Below, piece after piece: positions 19,338 to 30,432 of a stretch of 64,000 nucleotides of DNA. Each line of letters opens with the position of its first letter. Within the stretch, counting starts at the first letter, position 1. The stretch covers positions 160,001 to 224,000 of the forward strand of contig CAVSGI010000004.1 of the NCBI GenBank assembly GCA_963727445.1, read 5' to 3'. This DNA comes from an uncultured delta proteobacterium (GTDB lineage Bacteria; Myxococcota_A; Polyangia; Polyangiales; B10-G4). The translations under genes were made by a program, and so were the position numbers. The notes under the pieces are model-generated. The model saw only the letters and a program-made list of their open reading frames with translations. It was not told where the DNA came from and did no database searches.

Positions 19338-22119
19338 ATGGTCAAGCGCAAGGTCTCGTTGAACGAAGGGGAGGGGCGTTCGCGCCGCCGGGGGCCCATC
19401 CAGGCCAGCTCGGAGGTCATCGATCTCTTCTTCAATACCGGGGTGATCCATCACGAGCTTCTCCTCTCGGGGGGCCTGCCGGATCAGAATCGTCGGCTTC
19501 AAAGTCGAAAAGGGGGCCGAAAATCAGGGCTTCCGCGTGCGCGCGGCCGAGCCCGGGGAGGACCCGGAGGTGGAGGTCGCGCCCGTCGAGCACGTGGCCG
19601 AGCTGTCGAACCGCTGGCTCCCCATCCCCTACCAGCTCTCTTGCCCGCTCGCGGTGCAGGTGCGTCTGGCGGTCAGCGGACGTCGCGACCTCAAGCTCCT
19701 GTTGGCGATCGACACCCTCGAGGCCACGGGCAGCGGTGGCCGCCATCTCGACGCCGCCCTCGACGCCGGGCGTCCCTTCCGCCCCCTCGAGAAGGGCGAG
19801 CTCGGCGGATTCCTCGACCACCCGGAGGCGCGCGAGCTGGTTCGCCACCTCGAAGAAGCCGGCGTCGACCGGGCGCCCTTCAAGTACGCGGCGCTCCTCG
19901 ACACCCTGGCGCCGCTCCTGCCACGGATCCGCTTGAGCCACGTGTCAGAGCACACGCCGGTGAAGACCTCTCTCGTCCTCGACTTCGGAAACTCGCGTTC
20001 GAGCGCGCTCCTGGTGGAGAGCCGCGAGGGTGAGGTCTTCTCCGTGCCTCTCGCGGTGCGCGACTCCAGCAACCCCTTCCGGGTGAGCGACGAGACCTTC
20101 GGCTCGCGGATCACCTTCTTGCCGAACGCCTTCGACGAGGCGGCCAATCCAGTGGCGGTGGGGAGCTCCTTCCAGCTCCCGTCCATCGCGGTGATGGGCC
20201 GTGAAGCGCTCGACCGCGCCCTCGAGACCCCGCACCGCTATCAGTGCTCACTGTCGGGGCCCAAGCGCTACCTCTGGGACGCCGATCCCACCGACGACCG
20301 CTGGTTCTTCGCCCAGAAGCGCGGCGGGGAGTACGCGCCGATCAGCGGGCGCTTGCTCAAGTACATCGCCGAGAGCGAAGGCGGCCTCGCGCTCCGGCAG
20401 GATGGTCCGACAGCACCGGCCGACCCGCGCTACGCGCCGCGCACGATGATGCTCTTCGCCATCGTCGAGCTGTTGAGCCAGGCGTGGTCGCAGATCAACT
20501 CCGTCGAGTACCGGAAGTTTCAGGGCAAGGAGATGAACCCGCGCGTGCTCGAGCATCTGGTGATCACCTTCCCGAGCGCGATGCGCGAGGAGGAGCGGCG
20601 CGTCTATCAGACGCTGGTGCAGAACGCGGTCATCCTCGCCAGCTACCTGTTGAACATCGCGCCGGAGCACCGCCCCAACTACGATGCTCAAAACGATGCG
20701 TTCACCTCGTTCCTGCTCGTCGACGAGGCGCTCGCGGCGCAGATGGTCTACCTCTACCAAGAGGTCGTTCACACCTTCGGCGGGAGCATGGAGGAGTTCG
20801 TCGGCGTCTACGGTCGCTCCGACGGCTCGGTGCGCATCGCCTCGGTCGACATCGGCGGCGGCACCTCGGACGTGATGATCGCCGAGTTCTCGGACAAGCT
20901 GCCGGGCACCGGCACTGCGCTCAGCGTCAAGAAGCTCTTCCAGGACGGCGTCAGCATCGCCGGCGACGACGTATGTCGCGCCATCTGCGAAGACATCGTG
21001 ATCGATCAGATCATGCAGCAGCTGCCGTCACGCAAGGCGAGGGCGCAGCTCGCGCAGCTCTTCGGCGAGGGAGGCGGCAGCCACGGCGCGGCCTTCCGAA
21101 CCCTCAAGGCGAAGCTGGTTCCCTACTTCTGGTTGCCGCTCGCGCGCTGTTACTGGGCTCTCGCGGAGGGCTTCGAGATCCCGGAGCACTACCCGGACCG
21201 CATCTACTCCATCGCCGAGATCTTCCAGGTCTTTCAGGTGCGGGAGTGGTCGCCAGCGGTCCTCGCCGAGGCCGACGCTTTTCTCGGGCAGGCGATCCCC
21301 GGCTTCCCGGGCCTCAACAACCTCTTCTTCCGCTTCGATCCAGAGCAGGTGGAGCGGGCGATCGACCGCGTGCTCCGGGAGCCCCTGCGCCGCTACGCCG
21401 ACATCCTCGCCCAGTTCGACGTCGACATCCTGGTCCTCGCGGGCCGGACCTCCGCCCTGCATCGCGTCCGTGAGCTCTTCGTGCGCGAGATGCCGGTCTC
21501 GCCGCCGCGCATCAAGACCATGAGCACCTATCGCGTCAGCGAGTGGTATCCGCCGAAGTGGCGCTCGAACGGTCTCATCAAGGATCCGAAGTCGACCGTC
21601 GCCGCCGGCGCGACCATCCTCCACCTCGCAGCGAACAACCGCCTGCCCGGCCTGTTGCTCGACGAGATGCAGGAGCTCGAGCAGAAGCCCATCTACGGCC
21701 TCTATCAGAAGAGCGAGCCGCACATCGCGCGGGTCAACGAGCTCTTCCGCGACGACAAGACCAGCCAGCCCTTCGTCTACACGGGGGGGATGGTGGTCGG
21801 CTTCCGCAACGTCGACTCGGAGGAGATGGACGGCTCGCCGCTCTTCTCGGTGCGGCCCGCGAACGCTTCGGTGGAGCAAGCGCTCCTCGAGGATCGGGTG
21901 AGCCTCCGCTTCCGCATCGGGGACGGCGGCCGCATCGAGATCGCCGACGTGACGTCGCAGCGCGGCGCCTATGATTTCGACGTCACGGATTTTCAGCTCT
22001 CTCTGAAGACGGTGATCGAGGATCGCTACTGGCTCGACACGGGCGTCTTCACCATCGGCCGGAGCTACCTCGACATGGCGGACCCGGACCTCGACGCATT
22101 GATGGAGGAGATGTCTTGA
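19338..22119 (+). CDS. srfB: Virulence factor SrfB-family protein (actin/Hsp70-like ATPase fold), apparent +1 frameshift near the 5' end
   Basis: NRWLPIPY, LAIDT, LVLDFGNSRS, LSGPKRYLWD, DEALAAQMVYLY, IASVDIGGGTSD, AGDD, DILVLAGR, DPKSTVAAGA. The likely N-terminus (ATG 19338, LFFNTGV) is in another frame than the main ORF 19537-22119. Confidence 0.85.
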
Positions 22120-22802
22120 GCGGCGTCGCCAGAGAGCTCTTCGAGGCGATTCTCGCGGCCGTCGACGAGGAGCAGCTCGAAGCGGCGCTCCGCGCCCGCC
22201 TGGGAGCCCCGGACTCGTCAGCGACCGCCGAGGTCGCGGCTCCGCCGCTCGACGCCGGCGAGGGGATGGACACAGAGCCCGGGGGTGACGGCGAGAGCGA
22301 CGAGGAGCGCGCGTCAGACGACTCGCTTCACGGCCGGCTTCTTCTCGCCGACCTCTTGGGCGACGACATCGTCGGCGCACGGCAAGGGGACGCGAGCTTT
22401 CCGGTGCGGGTCTTCATCTCGAAGCTCGGCGAGCAGCTCGAGGACGAGGGCGCCTTCGCGCTGGCCAACGGCCTGTCCTTCTACTTTCGTGCGGCGATGG
22501 ACGAAGAGGCCAGGGTGCGGGTCGGTCTCGAGGTCAGCCGCTTGTACTACGCGTTCGCGGGCTGGGCCCTCGACCTGAGCGAGCGAAGAGCGGTGAGCCC
22601 GCTGCTCGCGCGCTTGATGAGCGCCGAGCTCGACCGGCTCCGCTTCGAGGCGGTCGACCACGAGCCTGTCTTCGATTCGGCGATGCACGAGCGGAGCAAG
22701 GAGGCGGACTCCTCCTCCAAGCACCTGCAATCGCCCGTGACCTTTCTGTGCCGCGTCGCCGCCAACGACATGGTGCGTTTCAAGGCGGTGGTGACCACGT
22801 GA
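22116..22802 (+). CDS. Hypothetical protein with GrpE-like C-terminal motif
   Basis: Overlaps both neighbours by 4 nt. C-terminus EPVFDSAMHE...MVRFKAVVTT. Confidence 0.65.
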   Translation: MSGVARELFEAILAAVDEEQLEAALRARLGAPDSSATAEVAAPPLDAGEGMDTEPGGDGESDEERASDDSLHGRLLLADLLGDDIVGARQGDASFPVRVFISKLGEQLEDEGAFALANGLSFYFRAAMDEEARVRVGLEVSRLYYAFAGWALDLSERRAVSPLLARLMSAELDRLRFEAVDHEPVFDSAMHERSKEADSSSKHLQSPVTFLCRVAANDMVRFKAVVTT

Positions 22803-24070
22803 GCGAAAAGACGGAAGAGAGCTGGCTGCCCAACCTGGTCGGCGGCGTGAGCATCTGGAAGCTCGCCGACGACTTGAACGAGGAGAAGTTCTTCGGCGGG
22901 CGATTGCTCGTGCCCGAAACCGAGGGCAGCGAGACCCTTCCGTCGAAAGTGAGCTGGGACCTGACCGGGCTCGTCCCCCTGAGCGACGCCCGCGCATCGC
23001 ATGCGGAGGCGGTGCAGTCGGCGATCGAGGACTTCTTCGATTGCCTCGAGCGGGTCGGCAAGGTCTTCGGGGACGAGTCCTCGGGCTTTCACGCCTACAA
23101 GGACGCGTTCACCGTGCCCGCCCTCGACGCAGAGGGCGGCGACAACTACTTCTACGATCCCGCGAAGAAGAAGCTCCTGGTGATCAACTGGGGCGCGTCG
23201 CCGCGCTCGATCACCTCGAGCCGCGACTTCCTCTTCGGGTATCTCGACTTCGACCAGCTCTTCGAGAAGGAGCGCAGTGAAGGCGGCGTTGACGATGCGG
23301 GCGCCGGAGGCGCGGGGGCGGCGGCGGGCGTCGAAGCGGCAGCGGAGGCGAAAGAGAAGAAGGAAGACGAGAAGAAAGAGGACGAAGAGGAGAAGAAGAA
23401 GGACGGCCTCCCCTGGTGGGCGTGGCTCCTCGCGGTGGGCACGCTCGTTCTGATCATCCTGTTGATCCTCATGTTCCTCGAGCCGTGCAATCACGATCGC
23501 GGCACGCGCGGGCTTCGCCTCCCCGATGGCGCCGTGCTCCTGGAAGACGGCGGCGTCCTGCTCCTGGACGGTAACGTGGTCGATCCCGAAGAGTTCATGG
23601 ACGACGGGGGCGTGGACGGCGCGGCTGACGGGGGCGCGGACGCCGCGAATGACGCTGGTTCGGACGCCGCCGGTGACGGAGCCGCCGATGGCGGTGGTGA
23701 CGGATCCGCAGACGGCGGGGGCGATGGCGGGGGCGATGGCGGCGGAGACGGCGGCGGAGACGGCGGCGGCGCTGGCGGCGGCGGTGGCGGCGGTGCCGGC
23801 ATGGGCGGCGACACGGTCCCTCCGAGCGAGATCATCTACGTACCGGTGGAGCTCATCCCCACGGGCGGCGGTGGGCCCACGAACGACCCCTCCCACCGCG
23901 TCCATTTCCATCCCCAGGCGACCGCTTGGCGCATCGCCGGGGGCGCGAACAACGTCCGTGGCACGCAGCTGATCGGACGCGAGTACCATGTGTGGCTGAA
24001 GCCCGGACGGAGCTTCGATAGCGTGAACGTTCAGTGGCGCGACAGCGCGGGGCGCTGGCACAACCACTGA
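22799..24070 (+). CDS. SrfA-like bitopic membrane protein
   Basis: GTGA overlap. N-terminal domain with FTVP...YFYD...LLVINWG, charged linker, TM helix WWAWLLAVGTLVLIILLILMFL, Asp/Gly repeat stalk and a small C-terminal domain. Sits between srfB and srfC. Confidence 0.6.
   Translation: MSEKTEESWLPNLVGGVSIWKLADDLNEEKFFGGRLLVPETEGSETLPSKVSWDLTGLVPLSDARASHAEAVQSAIEDFFDCLERVGKVFGDESSGFHAYKDAFTVPALDAEGGDNYFYDPAKKKLLVINWGASPRSITSSRDFLFGYLDFDQLFEKERSEGGVDDAGAGGAGAAAGVEAAAEAKEKKEDEKKEDEEEKKKDGLPWWAWLLAVGTLVLIILLILMFLEPCNHDRGTRGLRLPDGAVLLEDGGVLLLDGNVVDPEEFMDDGGVDGAADGGADAANDAGSDAAGDGAADGGGDGSADGGGDGGGDGGGDGGGDGGGAGGGGGGGAGMGGDTVPPSEIIYVPVELIPTGGGGPTNDPSHRVHFHPQATAWRIAGGANNVRGTQLIGREYHVWLKPGRSFDSVNVQWRDSAGRWHNH
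23601..23810 (+). repeat. Intragenic degenerate 12-bp tandem repeats encoding DGGG/DGAA linker
   Basis: ...DGGGDGSADGGGDGGGDGGGDGGGDGGGAGGGGGGG... Confidence 0.8.
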
Positions 24071-24084
24071 CGGAGAAGGCTCAG

Positions 24085-26610
24085 ATGAGCGACCCCATCA
24101 ACAGTCTCGACGACGCGATCCAGCGAGCCGTGAGAAACGTCGCCGGCGCTCCGGAGGAAGCACCGGAGCTGCACTCCCTGCGCGACCTCGCGTTCCGTGC
24201 GCGCAAGCTCCGGCGCGCCTGGGGGCGTCCCCAGTGCCTGGGCTTCTTCGGCCCCTCCCAGGCGGGCAAGTCCTTCCTCGTCGGTGCGCTCCTCTCGCAC
24301 GAGCTGGGCTCCCTCGAGGTCGAGACCCGCGCAGGCAAGCTCGACTTCCTCGAGGAGATCAACCCTGCGAAGGGCGTCGAGTCGACGGGCGTAGTCACCC
24401 GTTTCTCCACCGGCCCCGCGCCCGTCGAGCTGCGCCGGGGGGACTTCTTCTGCCGCCTGTTGAGCCTCGAGGTGATGCTCGAGTCCATGGCGACGGGTTT
24501 CCTCGTCGAGTGCACCGCGCCTCCCATCGACGTCGATCGGGTCGAACGATGTCTGCGGGACGCGCGCCTCGCCCAGGGCACGCCCGCGCCTCCGCTCTTC
24601 GCCGAGGCCTGGGACTCCGTCTGGCACAACCTCTCCAAGAAGTATCAGGACCGCCATCCCTACGTGAACGAGCTCAAGAAGAGCCCGGCCATCCGCGGCG
24701 AGCAGTGGAAGAAGGGGATCTCCACCGTCGAAGGATGGCTCTTCGTCTACTCGCTCCTATGGGGCGGTCATGGCTATGCCAAGGACCTCGACAGCCTCGC
24801 GCGCCGCCTGGTCGACGGCCTCGAGATGTTGGGGCAGGGCGAGTCGGTCGAGGTCGAGGTGGAGCACGTCCGCGCTTCGAGCGAGGGCGCTTCCATCATC
24901 GACGCGGCGTGCCTCAACTCGCTGGGCCAGACCGGTCGCACCATCCGCGTCTACCCCCACGCGTCGGGCCGCGAGGTCTCCATCGACCCCGGCGTGCTCG
25001 CGGCTCTCATCGCCGAGATCCGTCTGCAGCATCGGCCGGTGGAGGGCTCGCTCTTCCAGAACACCGACCTGCTCGATTTCCCCGGGGGCCGCGCCCTTCG
25101 CGGCATCAACGGCTTCGGGCCCAAGGAGCTCAACTCCGGCAAGCTCGACAACGCCATCGAGGTCTTCAAGCGCGGCAAGCTCACCTTCCTCTTCGAGCAG
25201 TTCTCCCTCGACCGCGAGATCACCTCGCTGGTGCTCTGCTCGCCCGGGCCCACCAAGCCCGAGGCGATTCAGCTCCAGTTCCAGGTGGAGCGATGGCTGC
25301 AGATCCGCCACGGCTCCGATACTCCGGTGGACAAGGACGAGCTGGAGCATCCGAGCCTCTTCATGGCGCTCACCAAGTTCGACATGTCGCTGGGATCTCT
25401 GCGCAGTGACAACGCCAAGGACCGCTGGGACTCGCGGGTGCGAGAAGCGTGTGTCGAGTTCTGGGCGCGGAATCAGAGCAGCTGGATCTTGAACTGGGGC
25501 AGCAAGGGCAAGGCCTTCGACAACATGTTCTGGATCCAGAACCCCTACGCCGATCGGATGAGCGCCCTCGGGCCGAGCGATGCGGACTACGCGCTGGTGA
25601 AGCAGGGCTACTTCGACTCTCCCGCGATCCAGCGCTTCATCCAGGAGCCGGAGGTCAAGTGGGCGGCCGTCGAGGGCGCGGACGAGGCGGGCAAGGTGAA
25701 GAGCGGCGTTCCGCTCCTCGCGACGCACCTGCGGCAGAAGCTCGCGGAGAACATCAAGAAGAAGGAGCTCCTCGCCGAGGCCAAGGCCCTACGGAGCGAG
25801 CTCCTCGACGTTCTCAAGGCGCTCACGCCGAGCAACAACGAAGCCGAAGAGCGGGCGCGACTCACGCAGGCCGCCGAGCACCTGGTGGAATCGGTCCGCT
25901 CGGAAATGGCGCGCGCCTATTCCGGCGCCGTTTACGGCGAGCTGGTCAGCATGCTCGCCGCGCCGCGCGAAGAGGTGGAGGCGGAGCTCCGCAGCATCCA
26001 CGGGGTGGTCGCGCCCATGTCGATCAAGACCAGCGACAAGGTGAAGAAGGTGCTGGTGCACCTGCTCAAGTGGTGGACCGCGCGCGCCATCGCTTCACTT
26101 CGAGACAGCGAGCTCGACCTGCCCGCCGCCCACGTGGAGCGCTTCGTCCGCGAGGTGTGCACCTCCAAGCTCATCATGCCGGTGCTGGGCAAGGCGGTCT
26201 TTCCGTATTTCAGCCGAACGCGGGTGGACTACACCCTCATCGCCACCATCCTGCGGGTGAAGATCTGCGACTCGATGCTCGATCTCTTCAAGGAGCCCGC
26301 GCGACGAACCCCCTCGATCCCCGTGCGCCTCAGCTATTCCGAGACGGTCGACGGGGAGGGCGACGGTGAGACGGGCGACGCCGACGCCATCGACTGGGGT
26401 GACGTCGACTTCGACGAGGAGTCGGCGACCGACATCGGTGCCGACGTGGAGATCGTCTTCGCAGGCAATCGCTACTTCCATCACTGGGCCGACGAGCTTC
26501 CCGGTCTCTATCTCAAGAACGGCGGGCTCAAGACCCAGGCCAAGGCCGACGATCCGCGCATCGAGGAGCTGGTCGGGATCCTCGGCGAGGTCGAGCAGGT
26601 CGGTGTCTAA
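24085..26610 (+). CDS. srfC: Virulence factor SrfC-family protein (P-loop GTPase, dynamin-like)
   Basis: FFGPSQAGKSFLV (G1), INP..GVESTGVVTRFS (G2), DLLDFPG (G3), FKRGKLTFLFEQF, LTKFD (G4), then a helical C-terminal half. GGAG RBS before ATG 24085. Confidence 0.88.
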   Translation: MSDPINSLDDAIQRAVRNVAGAPEEAPELHSLRDLAFRARKLRRAWGRPQCLGFFGPSQAGKSFLVGALLSHELGSLEVETRAGKLDFLEEINPAKGVESTGVVTRFSTGPAPVELRRGDFFCRLLSLEVMLESMATGFLVECTAPPIDVDRVERCLRDARLAQGTPAPPLFAEAWDSVWHNLSKKYQDRHPYVNELKKSPAIRGEQWKKGISTVEGWLFVYSLLWGGHGYAKDLDSLARRLVDGLEMLGQGESVEVEVEHVRASSEGASIIDAACLNSLGQTGRTIRVYPHASGREVSIDPGVLAALIAEIRLQHRPVEGSLFQNTDLLDFPGGRALRGINGFGPKELNSGKLDNAIEVFKRGKLTFLFEQFSLDREITSLVLCSPGPTKPEAIQLQFQVERWLQIRHGSDTPVDKDELEHPSLFMALTKFDMSLGSLRSDNAKDRWDSRVREACVEFWARNQSSWILNWGSKGKAFDNMFWIQNPYADRMSALGPSDADYALVKQGYFDSPAIQRFIQEPEVKWAAVEGADEAGKVKSGVPLLATHLRQKLAENIKKKELLAEAKALRSELLDVLKALTPSNNEAEERARLTQAAEHLVESVRSEMARAYSGAVYGELVSMLAAPREEVEAELRSIHGVVAPMSIKTSDKVKKVLVHLLKWWTARAIASLRDSELDLPAAHVERFVREVCTSKLIMPVLGKAVFPYFSRTRVDYTLIATILRVKICDSMLDLFKEPARRTPSIPVRLSYSETVDGEGDGETGDADAIDWGDVDFDEESATDIGADVEIVFAGNRYFHHWADELPGLYLKNGGLKTQAKADDPRIEELVGILGEVEQVGV

Positions 26611-27583
26611 CCCGGACGAGCCACGCCCCGCGCCCCAGCGCGCCGAAGCAGGGTTGGGAGAGGACACCGAAACCCTCGACCCCCAGGATCTGGCGACCCT
26701 CGAAGCGCTCGAAGAGGCCGGCGACATCGAGACGCTGATGACCCTCGCCGCGTCCTACGAAAGAGGGACCGACGAGATTGACCGCGATCCCGAGCGGGCC
26801 ATCATCGCCTACGAGGCGGCGTCACGCCTGGGCGACTCCGACGCGAGCTACTGGCTGGCGCGCGAAGCCTTCGGGCGGGGAATCGACGCCGAGAGCCTCG
26901 AGCGCGGCGTGCGCTTCCTTCGTCTCGCTGCGGACGCGGCGCACGTGCAGGCGCGGGTATTTCTCGGCAACCTCTACGAGCTGGGCGTGCACTACGAGAT
27001 CGACCTCGACAAGGCCGACCTCTGGTACCGAAGCGCGGCGCGGGCTGCGGGGATCGATCAGGAGCACGGCAGCGCACAGTGGTCGGTCGCGATGGCCGAG
27101 CTTGGCTGCGTCCGCTCGATCGTGCCGCTCCTCGAAGACGACAGCGTCCCCAAAAAGCACCGGCTGGTCTACCTCCGCCTGGTCAAGGACGTGGGGTACT
27201 CCATCTTCCTCGCGCAGCAGAAGGCCGCGGACGCCAAACGGCATGCGGTGGAAGAGGCGCGCATCCTCGCCGAGGCCGAGGCCGAGAGGGCGCACGAAGA
27301 ACAGCTCATCGGCCATGGCGCACGCGCCGAGAAGGCCAAGCGCGCCGAGGACGCGATCGATCGCGCCGAGAAGCACGCCGACGCCAAAGCACCAGAGAGC
27401 GGAGGGCTCTCGGCGCCTCGCATCCTGACGGCGCTCGCGCTGGCGGGAGGGACGGGTTACGGCGGCTTCTACCTGCACCAGATCGGCCAGGCCTGGATCG
27501 CCAACCCCATGTACCAGGCCGCCGCCTTCGGGGCGGGCGCGCTGCTACTCGCGTTGATGGTGCTCGGCGTCAAGAAGAAGTGA
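26603..27583 (+). CDS. Sel1-like repeat protein with coiled coil and two C-terminal TM helices
   Basis: GTG overlaps the srfC end. LAASYERG..., ASYWLA..., LGNLYELG...DKADLWYRSAA. Confidence 0.8.
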   Translation: MSNPDEPRPAPQRAEAGLGEDTETLDPQDLATLEALEEAGDIETLMTLAASYERGTDEIDRDPERAIIAYEAASRLGDSDASYWLAREAFGRGIDAESLERGVRFLRLAADAAHVQARVFLGNLYELGVHYEIDLDKADLWYRSAARAAGIDQEHGSAQWSVAMAELGCVRSIVPLLEDDSVPKKHRLVYLRLVKDVGYSIFLAQQKAADAKRHAVEEARILAEAEAERAHEEQLIGHGARAEKAKRAEDAIDRAEKHADAKAPESGGLSAPRILTALALAGGTGYGGFYLHQIGQAWIANPMYQAAAFGAGALLLALMVLGVKKK

Positions 27584-27590
27584 GCGCTGC

Positions 27591-30083
<2,493 letters not shown>

Positions 30084-30160
30084 GGCGGGGGAAGGTATCA
30101 AGAGCCCCGGCCGGCGAAAACGGCCTCCCATTCCCCCAAGGAATCCATCATGGTTCGGGG

Positions 30161-30430
30161 GTGCGTGGGCTCTTGCTCCTCTCGCTTTCGACGACCTTCG
30201 GCCTCGCCGGCTGCACGACCCCCTGCGACGAGTCGCGGGGGGTGCTGCTCCGCCATTGCGATATCGAGGTGATGGGATCGTCGGCGATGGCGTGTGAGGG
30301 GGAGCGCCGCGCGTACGCGCAGTGCATCCTGGACCATCCCGACGCGGCCTGCGACTACTTCTACGATCCGCTCGCGGCGGAGGGGAACGCCTTCGATCTC
30401 TGCGTTCGCGAGATCCCGCCCGACCCGTAG
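30161..30430 (+). CDS. Small Cys-rich lipoprotein
   Basis: Lipobox LAGC followed by six Cys. Fills the gap between glgP and the kinase. Confidence 0.6.
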   Translation: MRGLLLLSLSTTFGLAGCTTPCDESRGVLLRHCDIEVMGSSAMACEGERRAYAQCILDHPDAACDYFYDPLAAEGNAFDLCVREIPPDP

Positions 30431-30432
30431 GC

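Noticed and set aside
23601..23810. Short tandem repeats as a CRISPR array or VNTR element (also 30700-30835 and 46390-46650)
   Set aside because: In-frame low-complexity protein linkers with no repeat-spacer structure and no cas genes.
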